Assembly (NCBI RefSeq): GCF_000284115.1
Contig: NC_017080.1
Coordinates: forward strand, 1,710,001 to 1,742,000
Direction of reading: 5' to 3'
Length of the DNA: 32,000 nt
From: Phycisphaera mikurensis NBRC 102666
GTDB lineage: Bacteria; Planctomycetota; Phycisphaerae; Phycisphaerales; Phycisphaeraceae
Of this stretch, positions 1 through 9,751 are shown in pieces (positions within the stretch are counted from its first letter, which is position 1; each line of letters opens with the position of its first letter). The notes under the pieces are model-generated. The model did not search any database. It was not told the origin of the DNA and saw nothing but the letters and a program-made list of their open reading frames with translations. Made by a program: the position numbers and the translations under genes.

Positions 1-240
1 CTCGGCCTCGCGGTGCGGATCAACGACGGCGAACCCGGCGTGTTCGAGCACGCGACGACGCACCGGTTGGTCGGGTTCCGGGTGCGGACCGGCCGGACGG
101 TCGGCGGGCGGCTGCGACCGGGTGCGGGCGTCTGGCGGAAGCCCGGAACGCGGAGTTTTGCACAGCTGCCCGTCGCGCGGCCGGTGCAGCGGATCGTCGC
201 TATGGTCGCGGCGCAGCCAGGCCGGGAAAGCGGAGTGTGA
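1..240 (+). CDS. possible C-terminal end of a protein truncated by the window edge
   Basis: Frame 1 is open from base 1 to TGA at 238-240; no recognisable family. Confidence 0.3.
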   Translation, partial: LGLAVRINDGEPGVFEHATTHRLVGFRVRTGRTVGGRLRPGAGVWRKPGTRSFAQLPVARPVQRIVAMVAAQPGRESGV

Positions 241-531
241 TTCTCCCGCGGACGCGCCACCGTGAAGGCTGATCCTCTCTTGGAGGATCGACCCAAGTCG
301 GAATGCCGGCCGGCTGCCGTGCTCCCCGCCGTGGGGGGCCGTTCTGCCCGAGAGCCCCTCGCGACACGGGGGCCCGGTGCCGCGGCCGCCCGCCGTGCGT
401 TCGAGAAGCCCGCGGACCGTCGAGGTTTTCGCGGGTTTCCGGCCACGGTCCGCGGGCGCCGGCGTCGGCCGCCCGTGTCTTGCGAGGGTTCCTCCGGGAG
501 CCGCCCTCCGGGGCACGCGAGAGACCGACGC

Positions 532-1153
532 ATGCGAAACCTCCTCCCGATGCTGCCCGCCACCGCCGTGGCGTTCGCTTTCCTCGTCGCCGCGCCGGCT
601 TCGGCGCAGGCGACGTTCCAGTACGCGGTCGGGTCGGGCGAGGCCCGCAGCGACCTCGTCGTCGACTTCGCGGGCTCGGGCAGCACGCCGGGCGGGGCGT
701 ACGCCTTCTCCTACTTCTACGACCCCGCGGACAACCCGACCGGGCTCGACCTGCTGACGGCGATCGATGCGGGCGGCGGCCTCGACGTCGCGACGACGCA
801 GTTCAGCTTCGGCGTCGCCATCGACGGTTTCACCTTCGGCGACGACTCGCGGGTGTTCGAGAGCTTCACGGAGGGCTCGTTCCGCTACTTCGTCTCCGGG
901 GGGGACCGGGCAGCAGTTCCTGCCCCCGGACTTCGCGCCCACGCTCCGCGACTACGCCGACGACGGGTACACGGTCGCGGCTTCCGGGGCGTCGGGTCGC
1001 TTCCTCGCCGACGGCAGCGTCGACGCCTTCCGCTTCGCCGACGCCGCGGGGACCCGGCCGGCGGCGGTGCCGGCGAACATCCCCGAGCCCGCGGCCGCCG
1101 CGTGGGCGGCGGGCGGCGGGCTGCTGCTGCTGCTCCGACGGCGGGCGTCGTGA
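532..1153 (+). CDS. PEP-CTERM sorting-domain protein, interrupted by an apparent 1-nt frameshift at a 7-G tract
   Basis: Signal peptide [25 protein letters not shown] in frame 1; C-terminus ...[25 protein letters not shown] in frame 2. Frames switch at the G tract 898-904. Confidence 0.75.
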
Positions 1154-1941
1154 GGCGGCGTCCCGCCTTCACGCTGGTCGAGCTGCTGGTCGTCGTCTCC
1201 GTGATCGCGCTCTTGATCGGGCTGCTGCTGCCGGCGCTGGCGGCGACGCGGGAGGCGGGCCGTGCGGCGGTGTGCCTGTCGAACCTGCGGCAGACCACGC
1301 TGGCGCTGATCAGCTACGCGACGGCGGACGGCGGCGGGCTCGTGCCGCTGGTGCAGAATCGACCCGCGGGGCGGGCTTGGTGGTTCGGCTTCGAGCCGAA
1401 GCCGTACGTCGGCCTCAACCGGCCGATCGAACCCGGGGGCTCGCCGCTGGCGACGCACGCGGACGGGCTCTTCGGCGAGGGCATCGCCTGCCCCGCCTTC
1501 CCCGCCGGCGACCCGGGCTTCAACGCGAAGTTCGCCCGGCGGAGCGCCCACTTCGGCTACAGCGGCGGCCTCGCGCCGCCGGCGTACACCGGTCTGCCGA
1601 CGAAGCGCCTGGTGGAGGTGGCCGACGCGTCGGGCACCTTCGCCTTCGCCGACGCGCTGCACCAGGACTTCTCGCCCACCGCGTTCAACGAGCCGCACGA
1701 GGTCGCCTTCCGCGGTCCGGGCGCGGTGAGCGGGGCGGGGCACTTCCGCCACGCCGCAACGGCAAACCTCTCCTACCTCGACGGACACGCCGCCGCCCTG
1801 GAGCCGCCGGAAGGGGAGGCGGTGCACGGGAGCTTCGGGGGCGGCGACCTCGTCAACCTCGACGTCGCGCAGGGGCGGGGCACGCGTTACGGCTTCCCGA
1901 CGTGGACCGCGTCGCTGCTCCCCGCCACGGTGCGGCCATGA
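1150..1941 (+). CDS. prepilin-type N-terminal methylation domain protein with H-X9-DG motif
   Basis: GTG start overlaps the preceding [32 protein letters not shown] followed by ...[13 protein letters not shown]. Confidence 0.85.
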   Translation: MRRRPAFTLVELLVVVSVIALLIGLLLPALAATREAGRAAVCLSNLRQTTLALISYATADGGGLVPLVQNRPAGRAWWFGFEPKPYVGLNRPIEPGGSPLATHADGLFGEGIACPAFPAGDPGFNAKFARRSAHFGYSGGLAPPAYTGLPTKRLVEVADASGTFAFADALHQDFSPTAFNEPHEVAFRGPGAVSGAGHFRHAATANLSYLDGHAAALEPPEGEAVHGSFGGGDLVNLDVAQGRGTRYGFPTWTASLLPATVRP

Positions 1942-2231
1942 GGATCGATCGCTGCGTCTGCACGGGTCGCTTCTTCGAGAGCCTGCTCGCCCAGGCCCGG
2001 GCGGAGGATCTGTCGTTGCCGCAGCTGATGGAGCGAACCGGCGCCGGGCGTGGCTGCGGCAGCTGCCGCGTCTACGTCTCCCGGGCGTACCGAACCGGCC
2101 AGACCGTCTTCGGCGAGCTGCTCGAGAGCGACGCGGAGCCGCCGCCGGCGGAGGGGGACGCGCAGGCGGCGACGCCGGCGCCGGCGGCAGCCGCGCGGGA
2201 CCGTGGAGCGACGCGCGACGCCGGAGGCTGA
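1938..2231 (+). CDS. BFD-like [2Fe-2S]-binding small protein
   Basis: ATGA overlap with upstream stop. CxC...CxxC pattern: [38 protein letters not shown]. Confidence 0.6.
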   Translation: MRIDRCVCTGRFFESLLAQARAEDLSLPQLMERTGAGRGCGSCRVYVSRAYRTGQTVFGELLESDAEPPPAEGDAQAATPAPAAAARDRGATRDAGG

Positions 2232-2370
2232 AGACCCCGCCGCCGGCGGGGCCCGCGGCTCGGGGGCCGCCGGCTTCATCCGGCCGGGCCGGTCTGCTGT
2301 CGCGTCGGGTTCCACGCGGTTAGGCTCCCCGCCCGCCGCTTCCCCGCTTCCCCGACCCCCGAGAGCCGCC

Positions 2371-3513
2371 GTGAGTGCCAACTCTGATTCCCTGATCGCC
2401 CACGACCCCTTGAAGGTCCACGCGACGCTGGCGGACACGCCGCTCTCGAAGTACTTCAAGGCGGCGGTGAAGTTCGGGGCCTCGGACCTGATCATGCGGG
2501 GCGGCCAGCCGCCCAAGCTGCGGCTCAAGGGCGACCTCAAGGCGCTGGACACCCGGCCGCCGACGGTCAAGGAATTCAACGACTGGATCCACGACGGGCT
2601 CTCGCCCGAGCAGATCGCGCAGTACCAGGACCGGGGCAGCCTCGACCTGGGCATCGACTTCGACATCGACGGCGAGAAGCACCGCTTCCGCGTGAACATC
2701 TTCCTGACCCGTTCTCGCTCCGCCATCGCCGCCCGCCGGGTCAGCAACGAGATCCTCAACTTCGAGCAGCTGCACCTGCCGCCGGCGATGGAGAAGATCA
2801 CCCACGCCAAGCAGGGCATCATCCTCCTGTGCGGGGTGACGGGTTCGGGCAAGTCCACCACCATCGCGGCGATGCTCGACGAGATGAACAAGCGGGATCC
2901 GATCCACATCCTCACCATCGAGGACCCGATCGAGTACCTCTTCGAGGACAAGAAGGCGATGATCAACCAGCGCGAGATCGGGCTGGACTGCCCCGACTTC
3001 GCGACCGCCCTCCGCGCGATGGTCCGGGAGAACCCCGACGTGGTGCTCGTCGGGGAGATGCGCGACCGCGAGACCTTCGAGGCCGCGCTGCAGGCCGCCG
3101 AGACCGGGCACCTCGTGCTGGGCACGATCCACGCGAGCTCGGCCACCCAGGCCTTCGGCCGCATCTACGACCTGTTCCCCGCGGAGGAACGCGAGGCGAT
3201 CCGCACGCTGCTCGCGTACCAGATGCAGGCCTTCATCTACCAGAAGCTCCTGCCGACGCTGAAGGAGAACATGCCGCGCGTGCCCGCGGTCGAGATCCTG
3301 CTCCAGAGCCCGCCGGTGCGGAAGGCGATCATCGAGGGCCGCGAGGCGGAGCTCGACAAAGTCATCAAGGACAGCCGCGACATGGGCATGCGGACCTTCG
3401 TCGACTCCCTGGTCGAGCTGGTGGAGACCGAGTACATCCACCCCCGCGTGGCGCAGGCCAATGCGCCGTCGGCGGACGAGATCAAGATGCGGCTCCGGGG
3501 GATCTCCGTATGA
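2371..3513 (+). CDS. type IV pilus/type II secretion twitching ATPase, PilT/PilU family
   Basis: GTG start. GASDLIMRGGQPPKLRLKGDL, Walker A GVTGSGKST, Asp box TIEDPIEYLF, Walker B DVVLVGEMRD, His box LGTIHASS. Confidence 0.9.
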   Translation: MSANSDSLIAHDPLKVHATLADTPLSKYFKAAVKFGASDLIMRGGQPPKLRLKGDLKALDTRPPTVKEFNDWIHDGLSPEQIAQYQDRGSLDLGIDFDIDGEKHRFRVNIFLTRSRSAIAARRVSNEILNFEQLHLPPAMEKITHAKQGIILLCGVTGSGKSTTIAAMLDEMNKRDPIHILTIEDPIEYLFEDKKAMINQREIGLDCPDFATALRAMVRENPDVVLVGEMRDRETFEAALQAAETGHLVLGTIHASSATQAFGRIYDLFPAEEREAIRTLLAYQMQAFIYQKLLPTLKENMPRVPAVEILLQSPPVRKAIIEGREAELDKVIKDSRDMGMRTFVDSLVELVETEYIHPRVAQANAPSADEIKMRLRGISV

Positions 3514-5126
3514 CGCCTGAACCGGCCTTCCTCGTCAGCATCGCCAAGCCGCTGCTGCTCTTCGCCGTCCTGCTGGGCTGGGGGCGGTTGGTTTCCTTCT
3601 TCGACAAGGACGCGGCGCACTTCCACCTCAAGCGGACGCTGTTCAACGGGCTGCACCTGCTCGGCGGTGTCGCCGGCTTCGGCGTGATGCTCCTGGTTCC
3701 GCTGTTCTGGCTCGGCCTCCCGCTGGGCGTGCTGCTGCTGGCCGGGTCGATCGCGGGCTACGTCTACTACCGCAACGGCCAGGTCGACGACAAGCAGAAG
3801 TGGACGCTCGACCTGGAGGATCTCCGCCGCCAGATGGCGGAGAAGCGGCAGGGCAAGGCCCAGAAGGCGACGAGCGTCAAGCTCCGCCGCAACGGCCAGG
3901 AGGTCGAGGTGCCCCGCGGCGACGACCCGCGCGTGGAGGCTCACGAGCAGCTCGAGCGGATGCTCAAGTTCTCGGTCGAGCGGGACGCGGAGACGATGGA
4001 CCTGGTGGTCGAGGACCAGAAGGTCCAGCTCTCCGCGAAGATCGACGGCGTGCGTTACCCCATCGAGTCGCCGGCACCGGACGTCGCGCTCGCCGCGATC
4101 GACTTCATGAAGCAGGCGGCCGGGCTGGACATCGACGACCGCCGCCGCCGGCAGAGCGGACGCGTGCAGGCGGAGGTGCTCGACGAGGAGGGCGGCTCCC
4201 GCTCGGCGGAGCTGGAGATCCTCACCGCGGGCAGCACCCGCGGCGTGCAGATGCAGGTGACGCTGAACCCCGACGCGAGCACCGAGATGCCCCTGGACCG
4301 GCTGGGCCTGCTGCCCAAGCAGCTGGAGTACCTCGAGTCGGTGCTCGGCGAGAACAAGGGCGCGGTGGTGCTCGCGGCGGACAAGCACCAGGGGGCGCCG
4401 ACGACGATGTTCGCGATGCTCAGCCGCGTCGATCCCTACACCAACTCGGCGGTGCTGATCGCCAGCGACGATCAGATCGACCTCGAGGGCATCGACCGGC
4501 ACGTCTTCGACCGCGGCAAGCCGGCCTCGGAGTTCAACTCCGAGCTGGCCGGCATCCTGCGGACCGATCCGAACATCGTGATGCTCGACCGGATCGCCGA
4601 TGCGAAGACGGTCGCGCTGATCGCGGGGCTCTCCAACGAGATCCGGTTCATGCTGCCGTTGCCGCAGCCGGACACGACCACCGCGGTGAAGGCTTACCTC
4701 AAGGCGTCCGGCGATCCGAAGGAGGCCGCCAAAGGCCTCTCGACGGTGATCGGTCAGCGCCTGGTCCGCCGGCTGTGCACGACCTGTCGCGTTCCCTACA
4801 GCCCCAACCCGGCCGCGCTCAAGAAGCTGGGGATCCCGCAGGACAAGGTCGGGACGCTCTACAAGTCCAGCGGGAAGGTCCTCGTGAAGGAGCAGCAGCA
4901 GGCCTGCCCCGACTGCCACGGCATCGCGTACCGCGGGCGCGTCGGGGTCTTCGAGGTGATGCCGGTCGACGACCGTGCCCGCAAGCACATGGCCGCCGGC
5001 GAGATGGACGCGCTGCGGAGCCACCTCCGCAAGCAGGGCATGGTCTACCTCCAGGAGGCCGGCCTCGCCAAGGTGGTCGAGGGCGTGACGGACATCAAGG
5101 AGGTTCAGCGGGTGCTGGCGGAGTAG
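3510..5126 (+). CDS. GspE/PilB-related protein with N-terminal transmembrane segments and degenerate nucleotide-binding motifs
   Basis: ATGA overlap with upstream gene. GspE-like C-terminal region IGQRLVRRLCTTCR...CPDCHGIAYRGRVGVFEVM...; Walker A position reads ADKHQGAPTTM. Confidence 0.8.
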   Translation: MTPEPAFLVSIAKPLLLFAVLLGWGRLVSFFDKDAAHFHLKRTLFNGLHLLGGVAGFGVMLLVPLFWLGLPLGVLLLAGSIAGYVYYRNGQVDDKQKWTLDLEDLRRQMAEKRQGKAQKATSVKLRRNGQEVEVPRGDDPRVEAHEQLERMLKFSVERDAETMDLVVEDQKVQLSAKIDGVRYPIESPAPDVALAAIDFMKQAAGLDIDDRRRRQSGRVQAEVLDEEGGSRSAELEILTAGSTRGVQMQVTLNPDASTEMPLDRLGLLPKQLEYLESVLGENKGAVVLAADKHQGAPTTMFAMLSRVDPYTNSAVLIASDDQIDLEGIDRHVFDRGKPASEFNSELAGILRTDPNIVMLDRIADAKTVALIAGLSNEIRFMLPLPQPDTTTAVKAYLKASGDPKEAAKGLSTVIGQRLVRRLCTTCRVPYSPNPAALKKLGIPQDKVGTLYKSSGKVLVKEQQQACPDCHGIAYRGRVGVFEVMPVDDRARKHMAAGEMDALRSHLRKQGMVYLQEAGLAKVVEGVTDIKEVQRVLAE

Positions 5127-5128
5127 GA

Positions 5129-5240
5129 GAGAAGCGGAGAAGCGGAGAAGCGGAGAAGCGACGAAGCGACGAAGCGGAGAAGCGAAGAGGCGGAGAAGCG
5201 AAGAAGCGACGAAGCGGAGAAGCGAAGAAGCGGAGAAGTC
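5129..5240 (+). repeat. 8-bp-period purine-rich repeat array, unit NNGAAGCG, about 14 units
   Basis: Direct reading: gagaagcg gagaagcg gagaagcg gagaagcg acgaagcg acgaagcg gagaagcg aagaggcg ... Confidence 0.95.
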
Positions 5241-5301
5241 AGAAACAGAGACGCAACCCTGATGTGAATGCAAGCCCGATGGGGGAGCCGTGGCCTCTTG
5301 C

Positions 5302-5343
5302 CTGACTTCTTCGCTTCCTATCTTCTTCGCTTCCCCGCTTGCC
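5302..5343 (-). repeat. oppositely oriented copies of the same 8-bp repeat family, facing the 5129-5240 array
   Basis: ctgacttcttcgcttcctatcttcttcgcttccccgctt. The reverse complement of 5302-5319 matches 5225-5242 at 16 of 18 positions. Confidence 0.8.
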
Positions 5344-5366
5344 TCCGCCGAAGGCGGATCCTTCCC

Positions 5367-7091
5367 ATGATCCTCAACATCCTCGTCCTCGTCCTCGTCC
5401 TCGCGATGGCCATCTTCTGGTCGACGCAGGGGCTGTTCAGCGCCTTCATCCACCTGGTCGCGACGGTGGTCGCCGGCGCGATCGCTTTCGCGGTGTGGGA
5501 GCCGGTGACGCTGGGGCTGTTGCTCGATCCGCTCACGTCGTGGGCGTGGGCGACCGGGCTGCTGCTGCCCTTCGCGCTGGCGCTGATCGTGTTGCGGATC
5601 CTCAGCAACAAGGTGATCGGCGGCAACCTGAAGCTGCCGAGCCTCGCCGACCAGGGCCTCGCCGGCCTCGTCGGGGCGGTCAGCGGCGTCCTGACGGCGG
5701 GCGTGTGCCTGCTGGGGGTGTCGTTCCTGCCGCTGGGCCCGGCGCTGCTGGGCTACCAGCCCGTGGAGGTGCAGACCACCGCGCGCCTCGGCCCGCCCAC
5801 CAACGACGCCGTGACGACCTCGCTCTGGATCCCGGTGGACCGGCTGACCGCCGACTTCTTCGCCTTCGCGTCCACCCACGGATTCTCGAGCCACCGCCCC
5901 CTGGGCCTGCTGCGGCCGGATCTCGACGAGGCGGCGGCGCGATTCCGCATCGGCCAGTTCTACGACCCCAACGCCTCGCTCGTGGCCAACCCATCGACCG
6001 TCGCGGTCGAGGCGGTCCGGGTCTACGACGGCGAGCTGCCCGCCGAGGTGCCGGCGCTGCTGGGGCAGTTCATCGCCGAGTCGGCCCCGACCCGCAACGG
6101 CGACCGGCTCGTGCTGGTGACCACGCGGTGGGAGGCGCTCAAGGACACGGCCACCTTCGACGAGGGCATCCTCCGGCTCCCGCCGGTGCAGACCGTGCTG
6201 CTCGCGGCGCCCCCGGCCGGGCCGCTCGCCATGCACCTGCCGGTGGGCTGGAGCAAGAAGCCGGTGACCTCCAGCACCGCCGCGTTCTACGGCGTGGTGG
6301 ACAACCGCAGCTACGCGAGCAGCGAGCTGCCCGAGGAGACGATCACCTTCGTCTACGCGATCCCCGAGAACCAGGACCCCGTGTACTTCGAGACCCGGAT
6401 GCTGCGGATCCCGCTGGGCGAGCCGGAGCAGGGCGCCGCCGGGGACGGAGCGGTCGTGGCCGACCTGCTCGGGGAACCGGCCATCGAGGCCGGCGAAGAG
6501 GGCGACGCGGGCGGCGGGCCCGGCGTCAACGTCTCGCCGCAGAACGCCGCGGCCGCGGCGGCGGTGGGCGAGCCCGTCGGCAACGCCGCCTTGAAGGCGC
6601 TGTCGATCGAGGCGACGAACAGGCTGCCGGGTCGCATCTCCATCAACGCGGCGAGCGGGCTCGACGTGGAAGAGAAGGAGGTGATCTCCGGGCGGCAGAA
6701 CGTGCAAAAAGGCGACCGCACCGCGACGGTCGACTCCATCCGCACGCCGCCGGGCCAGGTCATGGTCCGCCTGGAGCTGTCGCCGATGAGCACCAGCCAG
6801 GCATTGCCCACGCGGGTCGTCGCGAAAGTCGCCGGGGGGGACGGCCGGTACAAGCTCGTGGACACCCGCGGGAACGAGTTCTTCGCCCGTGCCACCGTGT
6901 GGCAGAAGGACGCCGGCGAGCAGGAGATCCACGTGACCGACCGCCTCGACAACGCGGCAGACCTCCCGATCAACCGCCTCCAGGACGGCGACCGGCTGTT
7001 CGCCTACTTCGCCATGCCCGACGGGCTCGTGCTTGACCGGTTCGTGGTCGGCACGATGGAGCAGGACGTCGACTTCACGGTGGGGGAGTGA
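5367..7091 (+). CDS. CvpA-like membrane protein with a large C-terminal extension
   Basis: ATG start; N-terminal hydrophobic helices [46 protein letters not shown]; continuous ORF to TGA. Confidence 0.65.
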   Translation: MILNILVLVLVLAMAIFWSTQGLFSAFIHLVATVVAGAIAFAVWEPVTLGLLLDPLTSWAWATGLLLPFALALIVLRILSNKVIGGNLKLPSLADQGLAGLVGAVSGVLTAGVCLLGVSFLPLGPALLGYQPVEVQTTARLGPPTNDAVTTSLWIPVDRLTADFFAFASTHGFSSHRPLGLLRPDLDEAAARFRIGQFYDPNASLVANPSTVAVEAVRVYDGELPAEVPALLGQFIAESAPTRNGDRLVLVTTRWEALKDTATFDEGILRLPPVQTVLLAAPPAGPLAMHLPVGWSKKPVTSSTAAFYGVVDNRSYASSELPEETITFVYAIPENQDPVYFETRMLRIPLGEPEQGAAGDGAVVADLLGEPAIEAGEEGDAGGGPGVNVSPQNAAAAAAVGEPVGNAALKALSIEATNRLPGRISINAASGLDVEEKEVISGRQNVQKGDRTATVDSIRTPPGQVMVRLELSPMSTSQALPTRVVAKVAGGDGRYKLVDTRGNEFFARATVWQKDAGEQEIHVTDRLDNAADLPINRLQDGDRLFAYFAMPDGLVLDRFVVGTMEQDVDFTVGE

Positions 7092-8521
7092 CGTCTCCTT
7101 TGGAGCAAGAGACGAAGAGACGAAGAGCCGGAGAGACGAAGACAGCAGGAGGCGCGGGGCCGGGCGTCGCGGTGCTCGGTCGGCTCCTCGCCACCGGTGA
7201 AGGCCGCCGTGCGGTGGTGCTCGGGCTCGGCCGCTTCGGGGGCGGCGTGGGGGTGGTGGGCTTTCTCGCGGAGCGAGGGTTCTCGGTGGAGGTGGTCGAC
7301 GACGCGGACCGGGCGTCGCTGGCGGCTTCGGAGGCGACGGTCCGCGGGTCGTGCTCCAGCCTGCGGCTGGGGCCCGGCAGCTCGGACGCCGCGGCGGCCG
7401 AGATCGGCGGGGCGGCGCTGCTGGTCGTCAACCCGGCGGTGAAGCCGGGGCACCCGCTGTGGGCGGCGGCGGAGGCGGCGGGCGTGCCGGTGACCACGGA
7501 GATCGGGCTGCTGGTGTCGGTGCTGCCGGAGGGCGTGGACGTCGTCGGCATCACCGGTTCCGCCGGGAAGAGCACGACCTCAAGCATGGCGGCGGTGGTT
7601 TCGGAGACCGGCGGCGGAACCGGCCGCGTGTGGCTCGGCGGCAACCTCGGCGGATCGCTGCTCTCCGGCGTCGCGGCGTTCGCGGACGCGGACACGTTCG
7701 TGCTCGAGCTCTCCAGCTTCATGTGCTTCCACCTCGACCGGCTCGGCTGGTCGCCAGGCGTCGCGGTGCTCACGAACCTCTCGCCGAATCACCTCGACTG
7801 GCACGGCGGCTTCGCCGCCTACGCCGCGGCGAAGAGGGCGCTCTTCGCGCATCAGCAGCCCGGGGACCGCGCGGTGCTGCCCGCCGGCATGGAGACGTCC
7901 TTCGTACGCCGCGGCGTGGAGGTCGTGCCGGTGGAGGCTCCTCCAGCGGATCTCCCTCTGCTGCGGGTGCCCGGCGAGCACAACCGGCTCAACGCGGCTT
8001 TCGCCCTCGCCGCCGCGGAGCCGCGGACCGCGAGCAAAAAGGCCCGCGACGCCCGACGGTCCGCGGCGCTGGAGGCGCTGGCCGGCTTCGCGGGGCTGCC
8101 GCACCGGCTGCAGGCGGTGCCGGTGACGACAGGCTGGCCCGCGGGCGTGCGGGCGTTCGACGACTCCAAGGCGACGACGCCGGAGGCGGCGGCGCTCGCC
8201 CTGCAAGCCTTCGAGCCCGGTGTCGTGCGGGTGATCCTCGGCGGGGCGGACAAGGGCAGCGACCTCGCTCCGCTCGCCCGCTCCGCGGCCCGACACGCGG
8301 CGGGCGTCTACGCGATCGGCCGCACCGGCGACGCCATCGCCGACGCCGCGGGAGGCGGCCCGGCGGTCGTCCGCCGCTGCGGGACGCTTGCCGGCGCCGT
8401 CGACGCGATCCGCGGCGACGCCCGGCCGGGCGACGTCGTGCTCCTCTCCCCCGGCTGCGCTTCCTGGGACCAGTTCCCCAACTACGAGGCGCGGGGCGCC
8501 GCCTTCGCGACGAGCCTCTGA
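7088..8521 (+). CDS. murD: UDP-N-acetylmuramoylalanine--D-glutamate ligase
   Basis: GTGA overlap start (true start may be downstream). [97 protein letters not shown]. Confidence 0.93.
   Translation: MTSPLEQETKRRRAGETKTAGGAGPGVAVLGRLLATGEGRRAVVLGLGRFGGGVGVVGFLAERGFSVEVVDDADRASLAASEATVRGSCSSLRLGPGSSDAAAAEIGGAALLVVNPAVKPGHPLWAAAEAAGVPVTTEIGLLVSVLPEGVDVVGITGSAGKSTTSSMAAVVSETGGGTGRVWLGGNLGGSLLSGVAAFADADTFVLELSSFMCFHLDRLGWSPGVAVLTNLSPNHLDWHGGFAAYAAAKRALFAHQQPGDRAVLPAGMETSFVRRGVEVVPVEAPPADLPLLRVPGEHNRLNAAFALAAAEPRTASKKARDARRSAALEALAGFAGLPHRLQAVPVTTGWPAGVRAFDDSKATTPEAAALALQAFEPGVVRVILGGADKGSDLAPLARSAARHAAGVYAIGRTGDAIADAAGGGPAVVRRCGTLAGAVDAIRGDARPGDVVLLSPGCASWDQFPNYEARGAAFATSL
7109..7148 (+). repeat. 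short 8-bp-period purine-rich repeat inside the putative murD 5' end
   Basis: gagacgaa gagacgaa gagccgga gagacgaa gacagcag. Confidence 0.8.
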
Positions 8522-8559
8522 TCCGCCCGAAGGAGCGGGCCCAAGCGGCCGCTCACCGC

Positions 8560-8585
8560 CGGTCGGGGCGTCACGCCGCCGACCG
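8560..8585. terminator. GC-rich hairpin in the murD / prepilin convergent spacer, possible bidirectional terminator
   Basis: cggtcggggcgtcacgccgccgaccg: long inverted repeat with one bulged G; no T-run. Confidence 0.35.
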
Positions 8586-8704
8586 CTCGGCACTCCCTCC
8601 ATCGGCCGGCACCGGCCGAAGCCCGGGTGCCACGCCGCTTGCGGGGCGGGGCGTCCGCCGGGGACGCGGCCCGCTCCCGGCGCCTCCCGCGTCCGCGGAG
8701 CGGG

Positions 8705-9619
8705 TCAGCCGTCGAACGCGTCGTTGTCGGCGGTGCCGTCGCCGTCGAGGTCGTCCACGGCCGCGGGGGCGCTCATCGAGCCGTGGCCGTCGAGGTACGT
8801 GAACCCGGCGACGCCGCCCTGGTTCCGTGTCGCCGGGGCGGAGCGGTAGAGCCAGGGGTGCTCGGGGTCGTAGCCGGCGACGTTCTCCGCCGGCCCGCTC
8901 TCGTAGTAGGGCAGCGGGTCGCCGACGCTCCCGGAGCGGCCACGCTCGGAGCCCACGGGCGGCGCGGGTGCGTCCAGCGCGTAGACGGCCTTTCCGCCGT
9001 CGCCCGGCTCGGCCGAGGCAACACCGTTGCGCGAGCCGGCGGTGTCGCCCAGCGCGATCGTGCCGGACTCGTCGCGGATCTCGCGGCCGAGGCGGGCGTG
9101 GAAGGTGGGCGTGGAGCGGGCGTTGCCCAGGTACCGGAAGTTGTAGCCGTAGCCGCCGTGCCGAGCGACGTCGTCGCCGGCGGCGACGGTCGGGTCGGCC
9201 ACGGGGGTGACCGCAGTCCGCGCCGCCTGCTCTGCCGGCGTCGTCGACAGCTCGTGGAAGAAGATCTTGGTGAAGCCCGCGTCGACCTCCCGCTCCGTCA
9301 GCGACGGCGAGCGGAAGGCCTCGACCGCCGGCATGAAGGGGAAGAGGTAATCCACCCACCTCGGCTTGGTGCTCATGCCTCCGGCGGTCACGGTGGAGGA
9401 GCCCGTCGAGGACGAGTGCATCGGCAGGAAGTCCTTCCGCTCCACCGCGTACGCGGTGAGGGCGATGCCGATCTGCCGGAGGTTCGACAGCGACTGCGAC
9501 GAGCGTGCGGCGCCGCGGGCGGCCCCGAGCGCGGGCAGGAGGATGCCGATCAGCAGGGCGATGATCGAGATGACGACGAGGAGCTCGATGAGCGTGAAGC
9601 CGGGGCGAGGGTTTCGCAT
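8705..9619 (-). CDS. prepilin-type N-terminal methylation domain protein with H-X9-DG-like motif
   Basis: [35 protein letters not shown]...SLSNLRQIG...[10 protein letters not shown]. Confidence 0.88.
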   Translation of the reverse strand: MRNPRPGFTLIELLVVISIIALLIGILLPALGAARGAARSSQSLSNLRQIGIALTAYAVERKDFLPMHSSSTGSSTVTAGGMSTKPRWVDYLFPFMPAVEAFRSPSLTEREVDAGFTKIFFHELSTTPAEQAARTAVTPVADPTVAAGDDVARHGGYGYNFRYLGNARSTPTFHARLGREIRDESGTIALGDTAGSRNGVASAEPGDGGKAVYALDAPAPPVGSERGRSGSVGDPLPYYESGPAENVAGYDPEHPWLYRSAPATRNQGGVAGFTYLDGHGSMSAPAAVDDLDGDGTADNDAFDG

Positions 9620-9649
9620 GCGGGAGCGGGGCGTGAAGCGCGGAAGCAA

Positions 9650-9676
9650 TGACTGCGACTCCTGTAGTCGCAGTTA
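9650..9676. promoter_or_regulatory. inverted repeat between divergent genes, candidate operator or structured leader
   Basis: actgcgact-cctgt-agtcgcagt: perfect 9-bp arms (9652-9660 / 9666-9674), followed at 9675-9687 by taggc-gga-gccta. Confidence 0.5.
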
Positions 9677-9751
9677 GGCGGAGCCTACGTGTTCTTCGGC
9701 AGGTGTCAACAGACCCTCCCGCGGGAGCGGCAGCCGGTAGCTTCCACGCCG

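Noticed and set aside
3237-6932. 1231-aa ORF on the minus strand
   Set aside because: Antisense to the PilT-like, GspE-like and CvpA-like genes; composition (Arg/His/Gly-rich, no domain motifs) is typical of spurious ORFs in very GC-rich DNA.
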